From a virus: a DNA stretch of 64,000 nucleotides. The stretch covers positions 1 through 64,000 of the IMG/VR virus record IMGVR_UViG_3300008450_000005; one strand, 5' to 3'. A program made the position numbers and the translations under genes. The notes under the pieces are model-generated. The model did no database searches, was not told where the DNA came from, and was given only the letters and a program-made list of their open reading frames with translations. Positions 27,473 to 37,059 of this stretch are shown here, in pieces (the stretch's first letter is position 1; each line of letters starts with the position of its first letter).

Positions 27473-29746
27473 ATGGCAACATCACAAAATAGGTTGAATT
27501 TTCTAAGCGGGTTCAAAAATACACCGCAGGGAGGATACGAGGATCCAACCTATCTTGGATTCAAAATTATATTTGATTTCGAAGGAGCTCTTCCGATTGG
27601 AGCAGATGACGGGTTACCCCCTAGCCCTTTATTTAAGGATAGCGCATACGGAACCTCTGCGAATGGAAGTATGGCCGGTACGAATCCATTTGGATTAAAT
27701 GAATATAATTTCAGAGGAAATAATATAGATTTTCATTCTGCCCAATCTTATCTTGTACAAAGAGAGGATGGATATAACAACGGACAGGGTGGAAAAAGAG
27801 CTGATGCCCTAAATCAATTTAAAAATCTTCTCAAACAAATCAATAACGAATCACCTTGGTTTTTCCAGAGTATTCAAGGACTTGATAAATTAGCAAGTGT
27901 TGCTAAAACCGGCTATAATGGTGCAGCAAATGCGGAGATTGGATTCAATTCACACAGAACTTCTGGCAAGTTTCTAACTTTTTCGTGTTTGGAATCTTTA
28001 AATCTTAGGGTTTCTACACTTGCTGAATTATACAGGCAGTCTACCTTCGACTTCGATTATATGAGAGAGGTGGTACCACGCAACCTAAGAAAATTCAAAA
28101 TGTTTATCTATGTTTCGGAAATCCGAAACCTTAATAAAACTAGTAGACTCAGTGCGCTATCAGCTTCAGTACAAGCTTTAGGAGCTACCACCAATTTATT
28201 GACAAACGGGATGAATCCCGGAAACTCGCTTGGTGAAGGAAGCACACCGAACGCTGCCCAGAATTCTTTAGTTTCTGGAATACTTAATAAAAGTGGTCTT
28301 CAGAGTGATTTCCAGGCATTGTCTAACTTCGGTAATCAAACTGAACAATCCGGCGTTACCCCATACATAATTTTTGAATGCGGACAATGTGAATTTGATT
28401 TTGATTCAACAACTCCGATAAAAAATACAATGGATAATGGTTCTGGACAAGCCACCCCGGAAACAGCATCCTTTATCGTTCATGTTGGAAAAATAAGAAC
28501 TAAAATTCAGGCTCCGAACATTAGGGATGACGGAAATTTCTTGATTGTTGCGGACAACTTCGAACTTGCTTCTTCTAGTGTCAAAAAAGTAAATAGAGAG
28601 ACTGACGCTCTTAATAAAGAGGGTTCTTTCCTGGATGGACTTTTAATACAGGGACAAAATGCTTTAACCAATTTTGTTGGTAATTCAATAAATAATTTTG
28701 TCAACACCCAGGTTAGCCGACTATCAAATATCTTAGGTGGTGTTGATAGGTTCCTTTTGGGTAACGTTTACAGTTTTGCCCCAGGAGCTGCCTTATCAAA
28801 CCCAAGTTTTGATAACATCACAGATCTCGCTCAGCAGTTCAACAATGGATTGGACCTTCGCGGATTAATAAGAAATGAATCTAAATTACCAAATCCCCAG
28901 ACTTCTGGACTAGGAGGTCCGCCTCAAAGAGCATATGCGAATCCAGAAGGTGATAGTTATTCAGGAGTTCCTGGGAATGATCTAGGCGTACCCAACCGCA
29001 TATATCAGCAACCTAAAGGAGATGCCTATCCAAATGTTCCTGGTGGCGACCTGGGGGTACCTCAAAGATCTTATCCATCCGTGGAAGCTGACGTTTACGC
29101 TAATGTACCCGGATCAGATCTTGGCGGCCCACAAAGGATTTATCCATCTCCTCTTGATGATTTTTATCCCGATTCTCCTGGAAGCAGTTTAGGTGTTCCT
29201 GACCGCATATACCCAGAACCAGAGGGCGATTTTTATCCAACCAATCCTGGTGAAAGCTTAGGAGTTCCTGATAGAGTTTATAGCCAGCCAGAAGGGGATG
29301 TTTATACGAGAGTACCCGGATCAGATCTAGGGGTACCTGACAGAAGATACACATTAGATAACACCGATGTATACCAAAAATCACCGGGAAGCGATCTAGG
29401 TGTACCTGATAGAAATTACGATTTCGATGGCGGAAAGGTTTATCCTGCGCAGGATCAGAATCTGAGATCACCACAATTTGGTGCAATCTATGAGGAATCA
29501 CCTTTGCAATCTTCTGGTATAAAGGAGAGAGTTTACAGAGAGGCTGAATCCAACAGCCGATTTGATACCCCTGCGGGAAATCTTTATGGTCCGCAGCCTC
29601 CTGACTACAATTCAAAAAACCTTGGTATGGTTTATTCGAAATTAGCCGAAGACTTCCAACCTGATACCCAATCTTTAGGGAACCTTAAGCCGGCTGACGG
29701 ATATAATTTCAGTCTCGGAGACATAAACGGAATTGACGAAGATTAA
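27473..29746 (+). CDS. Virion structural protein with C-terminal Pro/Gly repeats
   Basis: 757 aa within the baseplate block; globular N-terminus followed by a 23-aa repeat tract. Confidence 0.6.
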   Translation: MATSQNRLNFLSGFKNTPQGGYEDPTYLGFKIIFDFEGALPIGADDGLPPSPLFKDSAYGTSANGSMAGTNPFGLNEYNFRGNNIDFHSAQSYLVQREDGYNNGQGGKRADALNQFKNLLKQINNESPWFFQSIQGLDKLASVAKTGYNGAANAEIGFNSHRTSGKFLTFSCLESLNLRVSTLAELYRQSTFDFDYMREVVPRNLRKFKMFIYVSEIRNLNKTSRLSALSASVQALGATTNLLTNGMNPGNSLGEGSTPNAAQNSLVSGILNKSGLQSDFQALSNFGNQTEQSGVTPYIIFECGQCEFDFDSTTPIKNTMDNGSGQATPETASFIVHVGKIRTKIQAPNIRDDGNFLIVADNFELASSSVKKVNRETDALNKEGSFLDGLLIQGQNALTNFVGNSINNFVNTQVSRLSNILGGVDRFLLGNVYSFAPGAALSNPSFDNITDLAQQFNNGLDLRGLIRNESKLPNPQTSGLGGPPQRAYANPEGDSYSGVPGNDLGVPNRIYQQPKGDAYPNVPGGDLGVPQRSYPSVEADVYANVPGSDLGGPQRIYPSPLDDFYPDSPGSSLGVPDRIYPEPEGDFYPTNPGESLGVPDRVYSQPEGDVYTRVPGSDLGVPDRRYTLDNTDVYQKSPGSDLGVPDRNYDFDGGKVYPAQDQNLRSPQFGAIYEESPLQSSGIKERVYREAESNSRFDTPAGNLYGPQPPDYNSKNLGMVYSKLAEDFQPDTQSLGNLKPADGYNFSLGDINGIDED
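28910..29419 (+). repeat. About 7.5 tandem 23-aa coding repeats, consensus GDxYxxxPGxDLGVPDRxYxxPE
   Basis: Eight LG(V/G)P..R.Y units at about 69-nt spacing. Confidence 0.9.
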
Positions 29747-30426
29747 TGGCATTTGACACCGTCCTACTTGGTATAGTCGTTGATAACAACGATCCAACAC
29801 GAACAGGAAGAGCAAGAATTCGGGTAAGAGGGGTTTTTGACGATATACCTGACGAAGATTTACCTTGGGCAAATCAGAGTTCAGTGGTAAGCTTTGGTTC
29901 CAAGGATGGAGGAGGGATGATATCAATCCCTAAAATAGGATCTCTTGTGAGTGTTCAGTTCGACGATGGTAACTGGTATGTTCCTTATTTCACTTCGACC
30001 TGGGATACCGACCCTACTTTAGTTGAAGCATTCATGAAGAGTGAAAATGGCGAATCTTATTTTGGAGCTCATTCTATTATTTACGACACCGAAGCAGTTC
30101 CTGGTCCTCTTAAATTAATTTACCAGACAGATAATGGATTGCTTATCGAACTCGGTGAATCCAAATTCCACCTGTCATACGACGGGCAGGATTTAAAGGT
30201 TGTGATCAAGATAAAGCAAAATGAAATAGTGATGGACGGGGATAAAGTAATTGTTGATTCTTCAAATATCGAATTGGGGAAAAATGCTATTGAAGCTTTG
30301 GTGAAGGGAGATTCCTTCCTAACATTCTTCAATTCACATGTTCATGCTACACCAGCAGGTCCTTCCGCACCACCAACTGTTCCTATGACTGACGTCTTGC
30401 TCAGTCAGGTTTCTAAAACCCTTTAA
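29746..30426 (+). CDS. Baseplate central spike (gp5/gpV-like, no lysozyme domain)
   Basis: OB-fold GIVVDNNDPTRTGRARIRV..DLPWA..IPKIGSLVSVQF; short beta-helix; FNSHVH metal-binding tip. Confidence 0.85.
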   Translation: MAFDTVLLGIVVDNNDPTRTGRARIRVRGVFDDIPDEDLPWANQSSVVSFGSKDGGGMISIPKIGSLVSVQFDDGNWYVPYFTSTWDTDPTLVEAFMKSENGESYFGAHSIIYDTEAVPGPLKLIYQTDNGLLIELGESKFHLSYDGQDLKVVIKIKQNEIVMDGDKVIVDSSNIELGKNAIEALVKGDSFLTFFNSHVHATPAGPSAPPTVPMTDVLLSQVSKTL

Positions 30427-30427
30427 A

Positions 30428-31366
30428 ATGGCAGTAATCTGGGCAAATTTTATCACGGAGTTAAGCCAATTTCTCTCATCTAAGAAAAGTAGCGGAGCTC
30501 AAGAGACTGGAAGTAAAATAGCCACGATCTACATTAATTCTCTCAAAACTTCTCAGACGCCAACCGGAAATTTATTTAGCTCAGCACCTGGTGAGGAAGC
30601 ACTGAAGGTTGCTTTTGGTGCGGTTTTCGAAAAATTGAGCAAATCAACTTCACCCACAGCTGAAGAAAAATCGCAGGATCCAAATTTCAAGCCTGCCCCA
30701 GAAGAGGATATACCTTCCGGATCATCTCTTTCCGAAGAGCAGGAACAGGAATTTAAGGATTATCTGAAATCAAGCCAGCAGGTTAAATTCAGGTTCTATG
30801 AGTTAAAAGAGGGAGGTTCCGAATTTGTTTTAGAAACTGATCCAGCAAAATTGGAAGAGGTCTTGAAGAATAGAGGTTTTGGAATAAGAGGACAGAAATT
30901 CAGAGAGGAATTATTTAATAAGGAAAAAGTCGTTTATGCTGAACTTCAAAAACGATATTTCGAAGAATCCGCTGCTGAGGAGAATAGGAAGGCTAAACAG
31001 GACGAGAAGAAAGAAAAAGATCCTTATGATGATCTGGCAGCTGCCGTAATCGCTTTTTGGATTACTTCCGGTCCTATCGTGTTTTCATCGCTCCCGCCAA
31101 TTCCTCCTGCAACTCTAAACACACCAGGAACATATACTATTCTATATCCTGGTAATCCCTCTGTTCTAGCAGATGGTATAAGAAGATCTTTCAATTTGGG
31201 TCTAGATTCAAAATTTAAAGATGACCCGACAGGGATACTTTCGGCCACTGCAATTTCGAAAGCATTGGCTGTGGTTTTGGCCAAGCATCTTCTCACTCTG
31301 AAGTTCATTTACTCCGGTGCAACACCGGCTTCTCCGATAGTTGCTGTGGTTCCGGGGATATTTTAG
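30428..31366 (+). CDS. Hypothetical protein, probably virion-associated
   Basis: 312 aa directly downstream of the spike gene. Confidence 0.65.
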   Translation: MAVIWANFITELSQFLSSKKSSGAQETGSKIATIYINSLKTSQTPTGNLFSSAPGEEALKVAFGAVFEKLSKSTSPTAEEKSQDPNFKPAPEEDIPSGSSLSEEQEQEFKDYLKSSQQVKFRFYELKEGGSEFVLETDPAKLEEVLKNRGFGIRGQKFREELFNKEKVVYAELQKRYFEESAAEENRKAKQDEKKEKDPYDDLAAAVIAFWITSGPIVFSSLPPIPPATLNTPGTYTILYPGNPSVLADGIRRSFNLGLDSKFKDDPTGILSATAISKALAVVLAKHLLTLKFIYSGATPASPIVAVVPGIF

Positions 31367-31383
31367 GATTAGCTTTGTCCGTT

Positions 31384-31391
31384 GATATATA
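31384..31391 (+). promoter_or_regulatory. Putative late promoter GATATATA
   Basis: 23 nt before ATG 31415. Confidence 0.6.
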
Positions 31392-31414
31392 AGGGCAGGT
31401 ACAATCCTAATAAA

Positions 31415-32584
31415 ATGAACGAAATTGAAAACGCAAATTTAACAGAATTCGATTGGAATTCAACAGGCCGTTACACAAGAAACACTGGAATCTACACACC
31501 TAAGGGGATAAAAGTTTATTCCCATGAAGCTTACGCAAAATCTTTACTATCCGTTTATCTTGGAAATTTCAGTCCAGAAAATTCAACCATTTCTCTGGCG
31601 AAGGATCTTTCAGATGGTGAAACTTACGAGTGCCAGGTAGTTAGCATCAATCAAAAGTTTGTGATTGCACAAACAGGAACTGGACAATCAATTTTTATTG
31701 ATTTAGTTAAGGAGCAGAAAGATGCTGCAAGATTGGAAATCGGTGGTCTAGATTTCAGGATTGGACAAAATATTCAGGCTACCGTTCGCAATGTGAATGG
31801 TAATTACTATGGATCTGTCATCGATAATCTCATAGGCAATTTGAAGCACGAACTCTTTTCACAAATCAAAGAGCAAAGTTCAGCTTATCGTGTTAAGATT
31901 GAATCTATCAATAAGGGAGGTTACATTGTTGATCTATCTGGAATTAAATGCTTCTTGCCAGGTTCTTTGGCAGCTGCCAATAAGATTACTGACTTCAATT
32001 CTTACATCGGAAAAGAAATCCATGTAATGATGGAAGGATATGTTGAAGCGAAAGATATGTTTGTCGTTTCATATAAGAAGTATTTGAACAGAATCATTGA
32101 TTCTAAAATTCAAGATCTTGATCTTACCAAAAAGTACAGTGGTCAGGTTACAGGAACCTCTGAATTCGGAGTATTCGTTGAGTGGGAAGACATCTATACA
32201 GGTCTTCTTCATAAAACAGAGTTTGAAGACGATCAGCAAATCGAAAAATTCCAACCTGGCGACACAGTTGAATTCTATATCAAGGAAATTAAAGATAAGA
32301 ATCGTTTAACCCTTTCTTTTAACGAGCCATTGGAAAAAAATATTAGATTGTCTGAGATCGCTAGTGAAATCGAATCAGGACAGGAGAAAATTTTCAATGC
32401 TAAGATTAAGCACAAGAGAAGAAACGGTTGTTTGGTAGAAATTACTGAAATTGGATCATTTGCTTTAGTTCCTCAAGATAAATACAGTAAAGACATGAAG
32501 AGCAAGAAAACCGGTGATGACTTACTGGTTAAAATCTACGAAGTAGATTTGATTGCTGGAAAACTATTCGCAGAACCATTATAA
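31415..32584 (+). CDS. Ribosomal protein S1-like protein (about four S1/OB domains)
   Basis: INKGGYIVDLSGIKCFLPGSL, VVSYKKYL, GQVTGTSEFGVFVE...GLLHKTE, PGDTVEFYIKEI...RLTLS; ATG 31415 preferred to the track TTG. Confidence 0.8.
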   Translation: MNEIENANLTEFDWNSTGRYTRNTGIYTPKGIKVYSHEAYAKSLLSVYLGNFSPENSTISLAKDLSDGETYECQVVSINQKFVIAQTGTGQSIFIDLVKEQKDAARLEIGGLDFRIGQNIQATVRNVNGNYYGSVIDNLIGNLKHELFSQIKEQSSAYRVKIESINKGGYIVDLSGIKCFLPGSLAAANKITDFNSYIGKEIHVMMEGYVEAKDMFVVSYKKYLNRIIDSKIQDLDLTKKYSGQVTGTSEFGVFVEWEDIYTGLLHKTEFEDDQQIEKFQPGDTVEFYIKEIKDKNRLTLSFNEPLEKNIRLSEIASEIESGQEKIFNAKIKHKRRNGCLVEITEIGSFALVPQDKYSKDMKSKKTGDDLLVKIYEVDLIAGKLFAEPL

Positions 32585-33981
32585 TGGAAAATGGAAACTA
32601 TTTCGACGATGCTCACGCTTTAAGTTCGGCAAATATTGGGTTCGAATTCGAATTCTTTTCACCTATGATGAAAGGCAGGTTAGCTGAAATCATATCGAAA
32701 GAATTAGGAAAAAAAGTACAAGTTTCTGAGAAATATCATTCCGATCTTCCAGTAGACAGGAATACCTTCAAGTTAGAGGCTGATTATTCAGGCGGTTCAG
32801 ATATGGTTGAACTGATCACTGGACCTATGCCTTATCAAGAAGCTATTCCTGTCCTTTATAAAATTCTGGCCATCATCAAAGAATATGGCTACACAAATGA
32901 TCGCTGTGCTTTCCAATTCAACGTTTCGTACGATGAGATGAGAAAGGATGTTAGAACACCACTCCAGCATGTCGACAAACTCAAATTTGTTTTGTCTTTA
33001 GATGAAGGACTTATCTATGACAAGTTCGGATCTAGATTCGGAAATGTTTATGCTAAGAGCATCAAGAAGATCGTGCCTAGAAACAGGTATATGATCCTCG
33101 ACAATATTCAAAGCATAGATCCTACAATGTTTAGGTTGCCCAATGAAAAATACTACGGGGTAAATTTCACTAAGCTGAAAGATGGGTATTTGGAATTTAG
33201 ATATCTAGGCGGAAGAGATTACGAGAAAAAAGGATCATCGATCGTCAAGGTTATTGATTACATCGTTTTGCACCTATATAAAATTCTTGCAGGTGATTCC
33301 AACTACACAAAAAGAGATGTTGAGGTTCTTCAAAATATCATGAACCAATACAAGAAAGTGGTGAGAAGCTTTTCGAATCCCGACCAATTCTTTATGAACT
33401 ATCCGGATATCCATATAATGGTAGATCTGAAAGGCTGGGACGAAAACATCAAATCTCTTTGGAGTACGATCCGCGATAAAATTTTCGATTTGATCGTGGA
33501 AGGTGGACTTAGGAGAGGATATTTCAATTACGATACTTCAATAGGAAAATTCCAGATTAAAGAGGGTGAGTTCAAGGATGGAATGATCATTTCTGATGTT
33601 GACCTAGTGGAATGCAAGCTCAAAAGATGCAGCATCAATAATTGCAGGATTTTCTATTCTGAAATCAATAATTCAGAATTGAATGAAAGTCAGCTTTTCA
33701 ATAACAACCGTGTAGAGAAAAGTAAAATTAAGGACACATCAATAGAATTCTCAAATACCTGTATCGATTGTTACGTTGATAGCAAAGGTAAAAAGATCGG
33801 AGGTAAATTAGTTGGCGGCGTTTTAAGAAATGGTAACGTTACAGAATACTCTGAAATCAGTTCTAAAACTAAAATTGTTAAGACGAAAGACGAGAGCAGA
33901 CAATTCATTTCCAGTAAATCGTTTGGCGACGACAATCTTAAGCCTGTAAAGATACAGAAGTTCAAAGATCTAAATTATTAA
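32584..33981 (+). CDS. Putative amidoligase (COOH-NH2 ligase) family protein with C-terminal beta-helix
   Basis: IGFEFEF, EADYS, ELITGP, TNDRCAFQFNV, KYYGVNF, LEFRYLGG; five-residue periodic C-terminus. Confidence 0.7.
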   Translation: MENGNYFDDAHALSSANIGFEFEFFSPMMKGRLAEIISKELGKKVQVSEKYHSDLPVDRNTFKLEADYSGGSDMVELITGPMPYQEAIPVLYKILAIIKEYGYTNDRCAFQFNVSYDEMRKDVRTPLQHVDKLKFVLSLDEGLIYDKFGSRFGNVYAKSIKKIVPRNRYMILDNIQSIDPTMFRLPNEKYYGVNFTKLKDGYLEFRYLGGRDYEKKGSSIVKVIDYIVLHLYKILAGDSNYTKRDVEVLQNIMNQYKKVVRSFSNPDQFFMNYPDIHIMVDLKGWDENIKSLWSTIRDKIFDLIVEGGLRRGYFNYDTSIGKFQIKEGEFKDGMIISDVDLVECKLKRCSINNCRIFYSEINNSELNESQLFNNNRVEKSKIKDTSIEFSNTCIDCYVDSKGKKIGGKLVGGVLRNGNVTEYSEISSKTKIVKTKDESRQFISSKSFGDDNLKPVKIQKFKDLNY

Positions 33982-33982
33982 C

Positions 33983-34771
33983 ATGACAGAATTAGAATTA
34001 ATCCGAGAAATTGAAGACGCTTTGTCTTACTCTTGCTCTCTTCCGTACAATTTGAATCAAACCGAAATCCAGAGAATAATCAAAAGGGCTCGGGATTATT
34101 TCTATGACAATTACCAGTACTCGGTTGAGAAAAGAATCATAGTTTTAGGTAGATCTATTTTTGCAAATGCAAATTTTAGAGCTACCCGTCAGATTAAGCT
34201 TCCTGACAATATAGTTTCGATATTTGATGTTAGAGAGACCAATGGTAGCGGGATTTCTGGAAACCCTGACCGAGATTTTGGCGATTCCAAACTTTTAGGA
34301 TCGGAATTGCTTTTATCACCGTTTGTTGGTGATAACCTCGTTTACCGTACCGTTATGTATTCATATTTTGATTTGGCTAAAGCATATTTGCTTGAAACAT
34401 TCGCTTATAACTGGAACAAGAACACCAAAAAACTAACAATTCTGGGAAGAGATCCAAACCGGGTTAATACCGGAGGGGTTAATGGTGCAGGAGTTAATGG
34501 TGATTATCCCGGCGGTGTTGATGTAGCGATCTCTTGTTTCGTAAAAATCGTCGAAGATGATCTTTATGCTGACGAGCTTTTCGTTAGATACTGCATAGGA
34601 AAAAGCAAGGAAGCATTGGGTAACATGCTTTCGGTGTTTGACTATAATCTTCCAGGCGGAGTAAAAGTTAATGCTCAAGGTATAATTAGTATGGGTAAAG
34701 AAGAGGTTCAAGAGGTCATGCAGATGATAAATGACGAGAACACACCAAGCTATTTCCTGCAATGGAATTGA
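33983..34771 (+). CDS. Neck/head-completion protein (T4 gp13-like)
   Basis: RARDYFYDNY, YNWNKNTKKLTILG, RYCIGKSK..LG.....YNLPGGVKVN. Confidence 0.75.
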   Translation: MTELELIREIEDALSYSCSLPYNLNQTEIQRIIKRARDYFYDNYQYSVEKRIIVLGRSIFANANFRATRQIKLPDNIVSIFDVRETNGSGISGNPDRDFGDSKLLGSELLLSPFVGDNLVYRTVMYSYFDLAKAYLLETFAYNWNKNTKKLTILGRDPNRVNTGGVNGAGVNGDYPGGVDVAISCFVKIVEDDLYADELFVRYCIGKSKEALGNMLSVFDYNLPGGVKVNAQGIISMGKEEVQEVMQMINDENTPSYFLQWN

Positions 34772-34786
34772 AAAATTAATAGGTTT

Positions 34787-34918
34787 ATGGCATATAAATA
34801 TAGAAACATATATTTATGCCCTGTGTACTTGACAACATTGAATACTAGAGAGATAAATCTTGGGTTATCTTTTAAATTCCGGATTTATGATTCTAAAAGG
34901 AATAGAACCATAAAATAG
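34787..34918 (+). CDS. Possible 43-aa small ORF
   Basis: Hand-translated MAYKYRNIYLCPVYLTTLNTREINLGLSFKFRIYDSKRNRTIK; lies in the 197-nt gap, below the track cutoff. Confidence 0.25.
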   Translation: MAYKYRNIYLCPVYLTTLNTREINLGLSFKFRIYDSKRNRTIK

Positions 34919-34953
34919 CTTATGTTTCTAAAATTGCACACTCTCAATAGGCT

Positions 34954-34961
34954 GATATATA
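34954..34961 (+). promoter_or_regulatory. Putative late promoter GATATATA
   Basis: 7 nt before ATG 34969. Confidence 0.6.
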
Positions 34962-34968
34962 AGTAGCC

Positions 34969-35340
34969 ATGAGGGAAATTTACAACCGGGATCCTAACGA
35001 TCCCATGTATAAATCAGATATTATAGAGGTAACTGATCCGGTAGAAATTTGTATCGGCCAGTTAAAAATGTGTTTGCTCACTAATAAAGGTGAGGTCTTG
35101 GGCGATGCATCATTTGGTATGGACTTAGAATCTATGCTTTTTGATCTTGAATTATCGGAAGATGGGCTTAGAAACGAACTAAATCTCCACTTGACCACAT
35201 ACGTACCGATCTTTTTTGACCTTGGAGGATACTATAACATTGAATTCTACCAGGGAACACAGAGGGATATTGCATATTTCGATTTTTTTCTTCCTGTAAA
35301 TGGGGGAGAAAGTCCGGTAGTTTCACTAAAATTCACATAA
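34969..35340 (+). CDS. Baseplate wedge/sheath initiator (T4 gp25-like)
   Basis: LLTNKGEVLGDASFGMDLESMLFD is a gp25-type motif. Confidence 0.8.
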   Translation: MREIYNRDPNDPMYKSDIIEVTDPVEICIGQLKMCLLTNKGEVLGDASFGMDLESMLFDLELSEDGLRNELNLHLTTYVPIFFDLGGYYNIEFYQGTQRDIAYFDFFLPVNGGESPVVSLKFT

Positions 35341-35343
35341 GTA

Positions 35344-37059
35344 ATGAATATCTTTAGAAAAAATAATATCCTAATTGGCGGATTGCTCAGGCAATCATTC
35401 GATTTTTTGCAGCTGACTTATAACCAGACAAGAAATATTTTCACCGTTGCATCCGCTTGGGGACAAATCCTGTTTGTTATTCAGAATCTTTCACAATTGA
35501 TTTTGTATTTTATCGAGGATTCAATCACCGAACTTAATATTAATCAAGCTACTAGGGACTATTCTATAAGATCTTTAGCAAGAATTGCTGGATATGATGC
35601 AGGAAGAGCTTCTGCTGCTAGGGGCGAAATAACCATTTCATGGAATAGGAAAGAAGGAGATGTTGGTGGAGGTGCGGTTCTAATCACAAATAACACTGGG
35701 ATTAGAAACGAGCAAAATGGACTTACATACGTAATGAGACTAGCAGGTCCGAATGCTCGTATAAATTTAACCGCTGACACATCGTTGAGATGCACCATAA
35801 TACAGGGGGTAACCGATTCTGCATCTTTTACAGGAAATGGTGCTTTACTTCAAAGCTATAACGTTCCTTCCAGATCTGGAATTTACGTCGACCAATTCAA
35901 CATCGACGTTTATGTCAACAATGAGCAGTGGAAGAGATATGATTCACTCTATGACATACCTTTGAATGGAAAGGGATACCTAGTGAAAACCGGAATTTCA
36001 GAGGGCATCGATGTTTACTTCGGTAACGTTAACTTCGGAGCTACGCCTCCTCCTGGATCTGTGATTCGTGTAGATTTCATTCAGACATCAGGATTCGCTG
36101 GGAATATAGCTTCAACCAAAGACAAACCATTAACCTATACTTTCGTTAGCCAAGGCAGCGATTTATTTGGCAGAGAGGTTAATTTGAATAACTATCTGCT
36201 AATCCAGTCAACGATCGATCCGAGCTTCGGAACTGATCCTGAGCCAATACAATTGGTGAGACTTGTTGCACCTCAAACCAGTAGAGCTTTTGTTTTTGCC
36301 AATACCGCTAACTACGAAATCTACCTCCAACGTTTAGGTATATTTTCTCAAGTTCAGGCATTTACAACTTTTGATGATCAATATTTAGATGACGATAACG
36401 TTGTTTATCTTTTTCTGGTTCCTGATGTGACTTTAACTCTGGAAAGCAATGAAGACTATTTCAATATAGGTCTTAACGAATTCCTTCTAACAAAGGAACA
36501 GCGTTTAGCTATTCTAAACTTATTAGAAGAATCTGGACAAATGATAGCGACCACAGTGGTAAAAATCGTTCAGCCATCAATCTCTAAATACGTTGGAATT
36601 GCAGTTATAGATATTTTCGAAGGCTATGACCCTGATATCATCGAGTCAAAAATTAGACAAGGTATTTCAGAATACTTCATAAATTTGAAAAGAAGAGATA
36701 GAGTTCCTAAATCTGACATGATTGCTTTAATAGAAGCAATCGATGGAGTTGATTCGGTAGATTTCAGCTTCCTAGGCGATCAAAACGAGGCAAACGCAAT
36801 CAAAGCTTTAAATGCTGGTAATACCCCAAGTTCACTTGTTGGTATTGATCAATTTGGGAATATCATAATTGGCAGAAACGAACTTATAGTAATCCGCGGA
36901 GGATGGACAGACAGATACGGTACCCAATATGAAGAAGGTATCGTTCCAGGAAAACCTAGTGCTCTGAATATTACTATTCGTGGCGTTGTTCCCATGAACT
37001 ATAACGCAGAAAGAAACATAGCTCAAAGAAGAGCATTAATCGACAGTATCAATGGTTAA
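35344..37059 (+). CDS. Baseplate wedge subunit (T4 gp6/baseplate J-like)
   Basis: ATRDYSIRSLARIAGY, VYFGNVNFGATPPPGSVIRVDFI, GTDPE, IDGVDSV. Confidence 0.85.
   Translation: MNIFRKNNILIGGLLRQSFDFLQLTYNQTRNIFTVASAWGQILFVIQNLSQLILYFIEDSITELNINQATRDYSIRSLARIAGYDAGRASAARGEITISWNRKEGDVGGGAVLITNNTGIRNEQNGLTYVMRLAGPNARINLTADTSLRCTIIQGVTDSASFTGNGALLQSYNVPSRSGIYVDQFNIDVYVNNEQWKRYDSLYDIPLNGKGYLVKTGISEGIDVYFGNVNFGATPPPGSVIRVDFIQTSGFAGNIASTKDKPLTYTFVSQGSDLFGREVNLNNYLLIQSTIDPSFGTDPEPIQLVRLVAPQTSRAFVFANTANYEIYLQRLGIFSQVQAFTTFDDQYLDDDNVVYLFLVPDVTLTLESNEDYFNIGLNEFLLTKEQRLAILNLLEESGQMIATTVVKIVQPSISKYVGIAVIDIFEGYDPDIIESKIRQGISEYFINLKRRDRVPKSDMIALIEAIDGVDSVDFSFLGDQNEANAIKALNAGNTPSSLVGIDQFGNIIIGRNELIVIRGGWTDRYGTQYEEGIVPGKPSALNITIRGVVPMNYNAERNIAQRRALIDSING

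Noticed and set aside
29100-29615. 171-aa minus-strand ORF and the other short antisense or alternate-frame ORFs in the track
   Set aside because: They are shadows of long, well-supported genes and show no recognisable motifs
29746-30426. T4-like gp5 tail lysozyme
   Set aside because: Only 226 aa, with OB-fold, short beta-helix and HxH tip; there is no lysozyme domain
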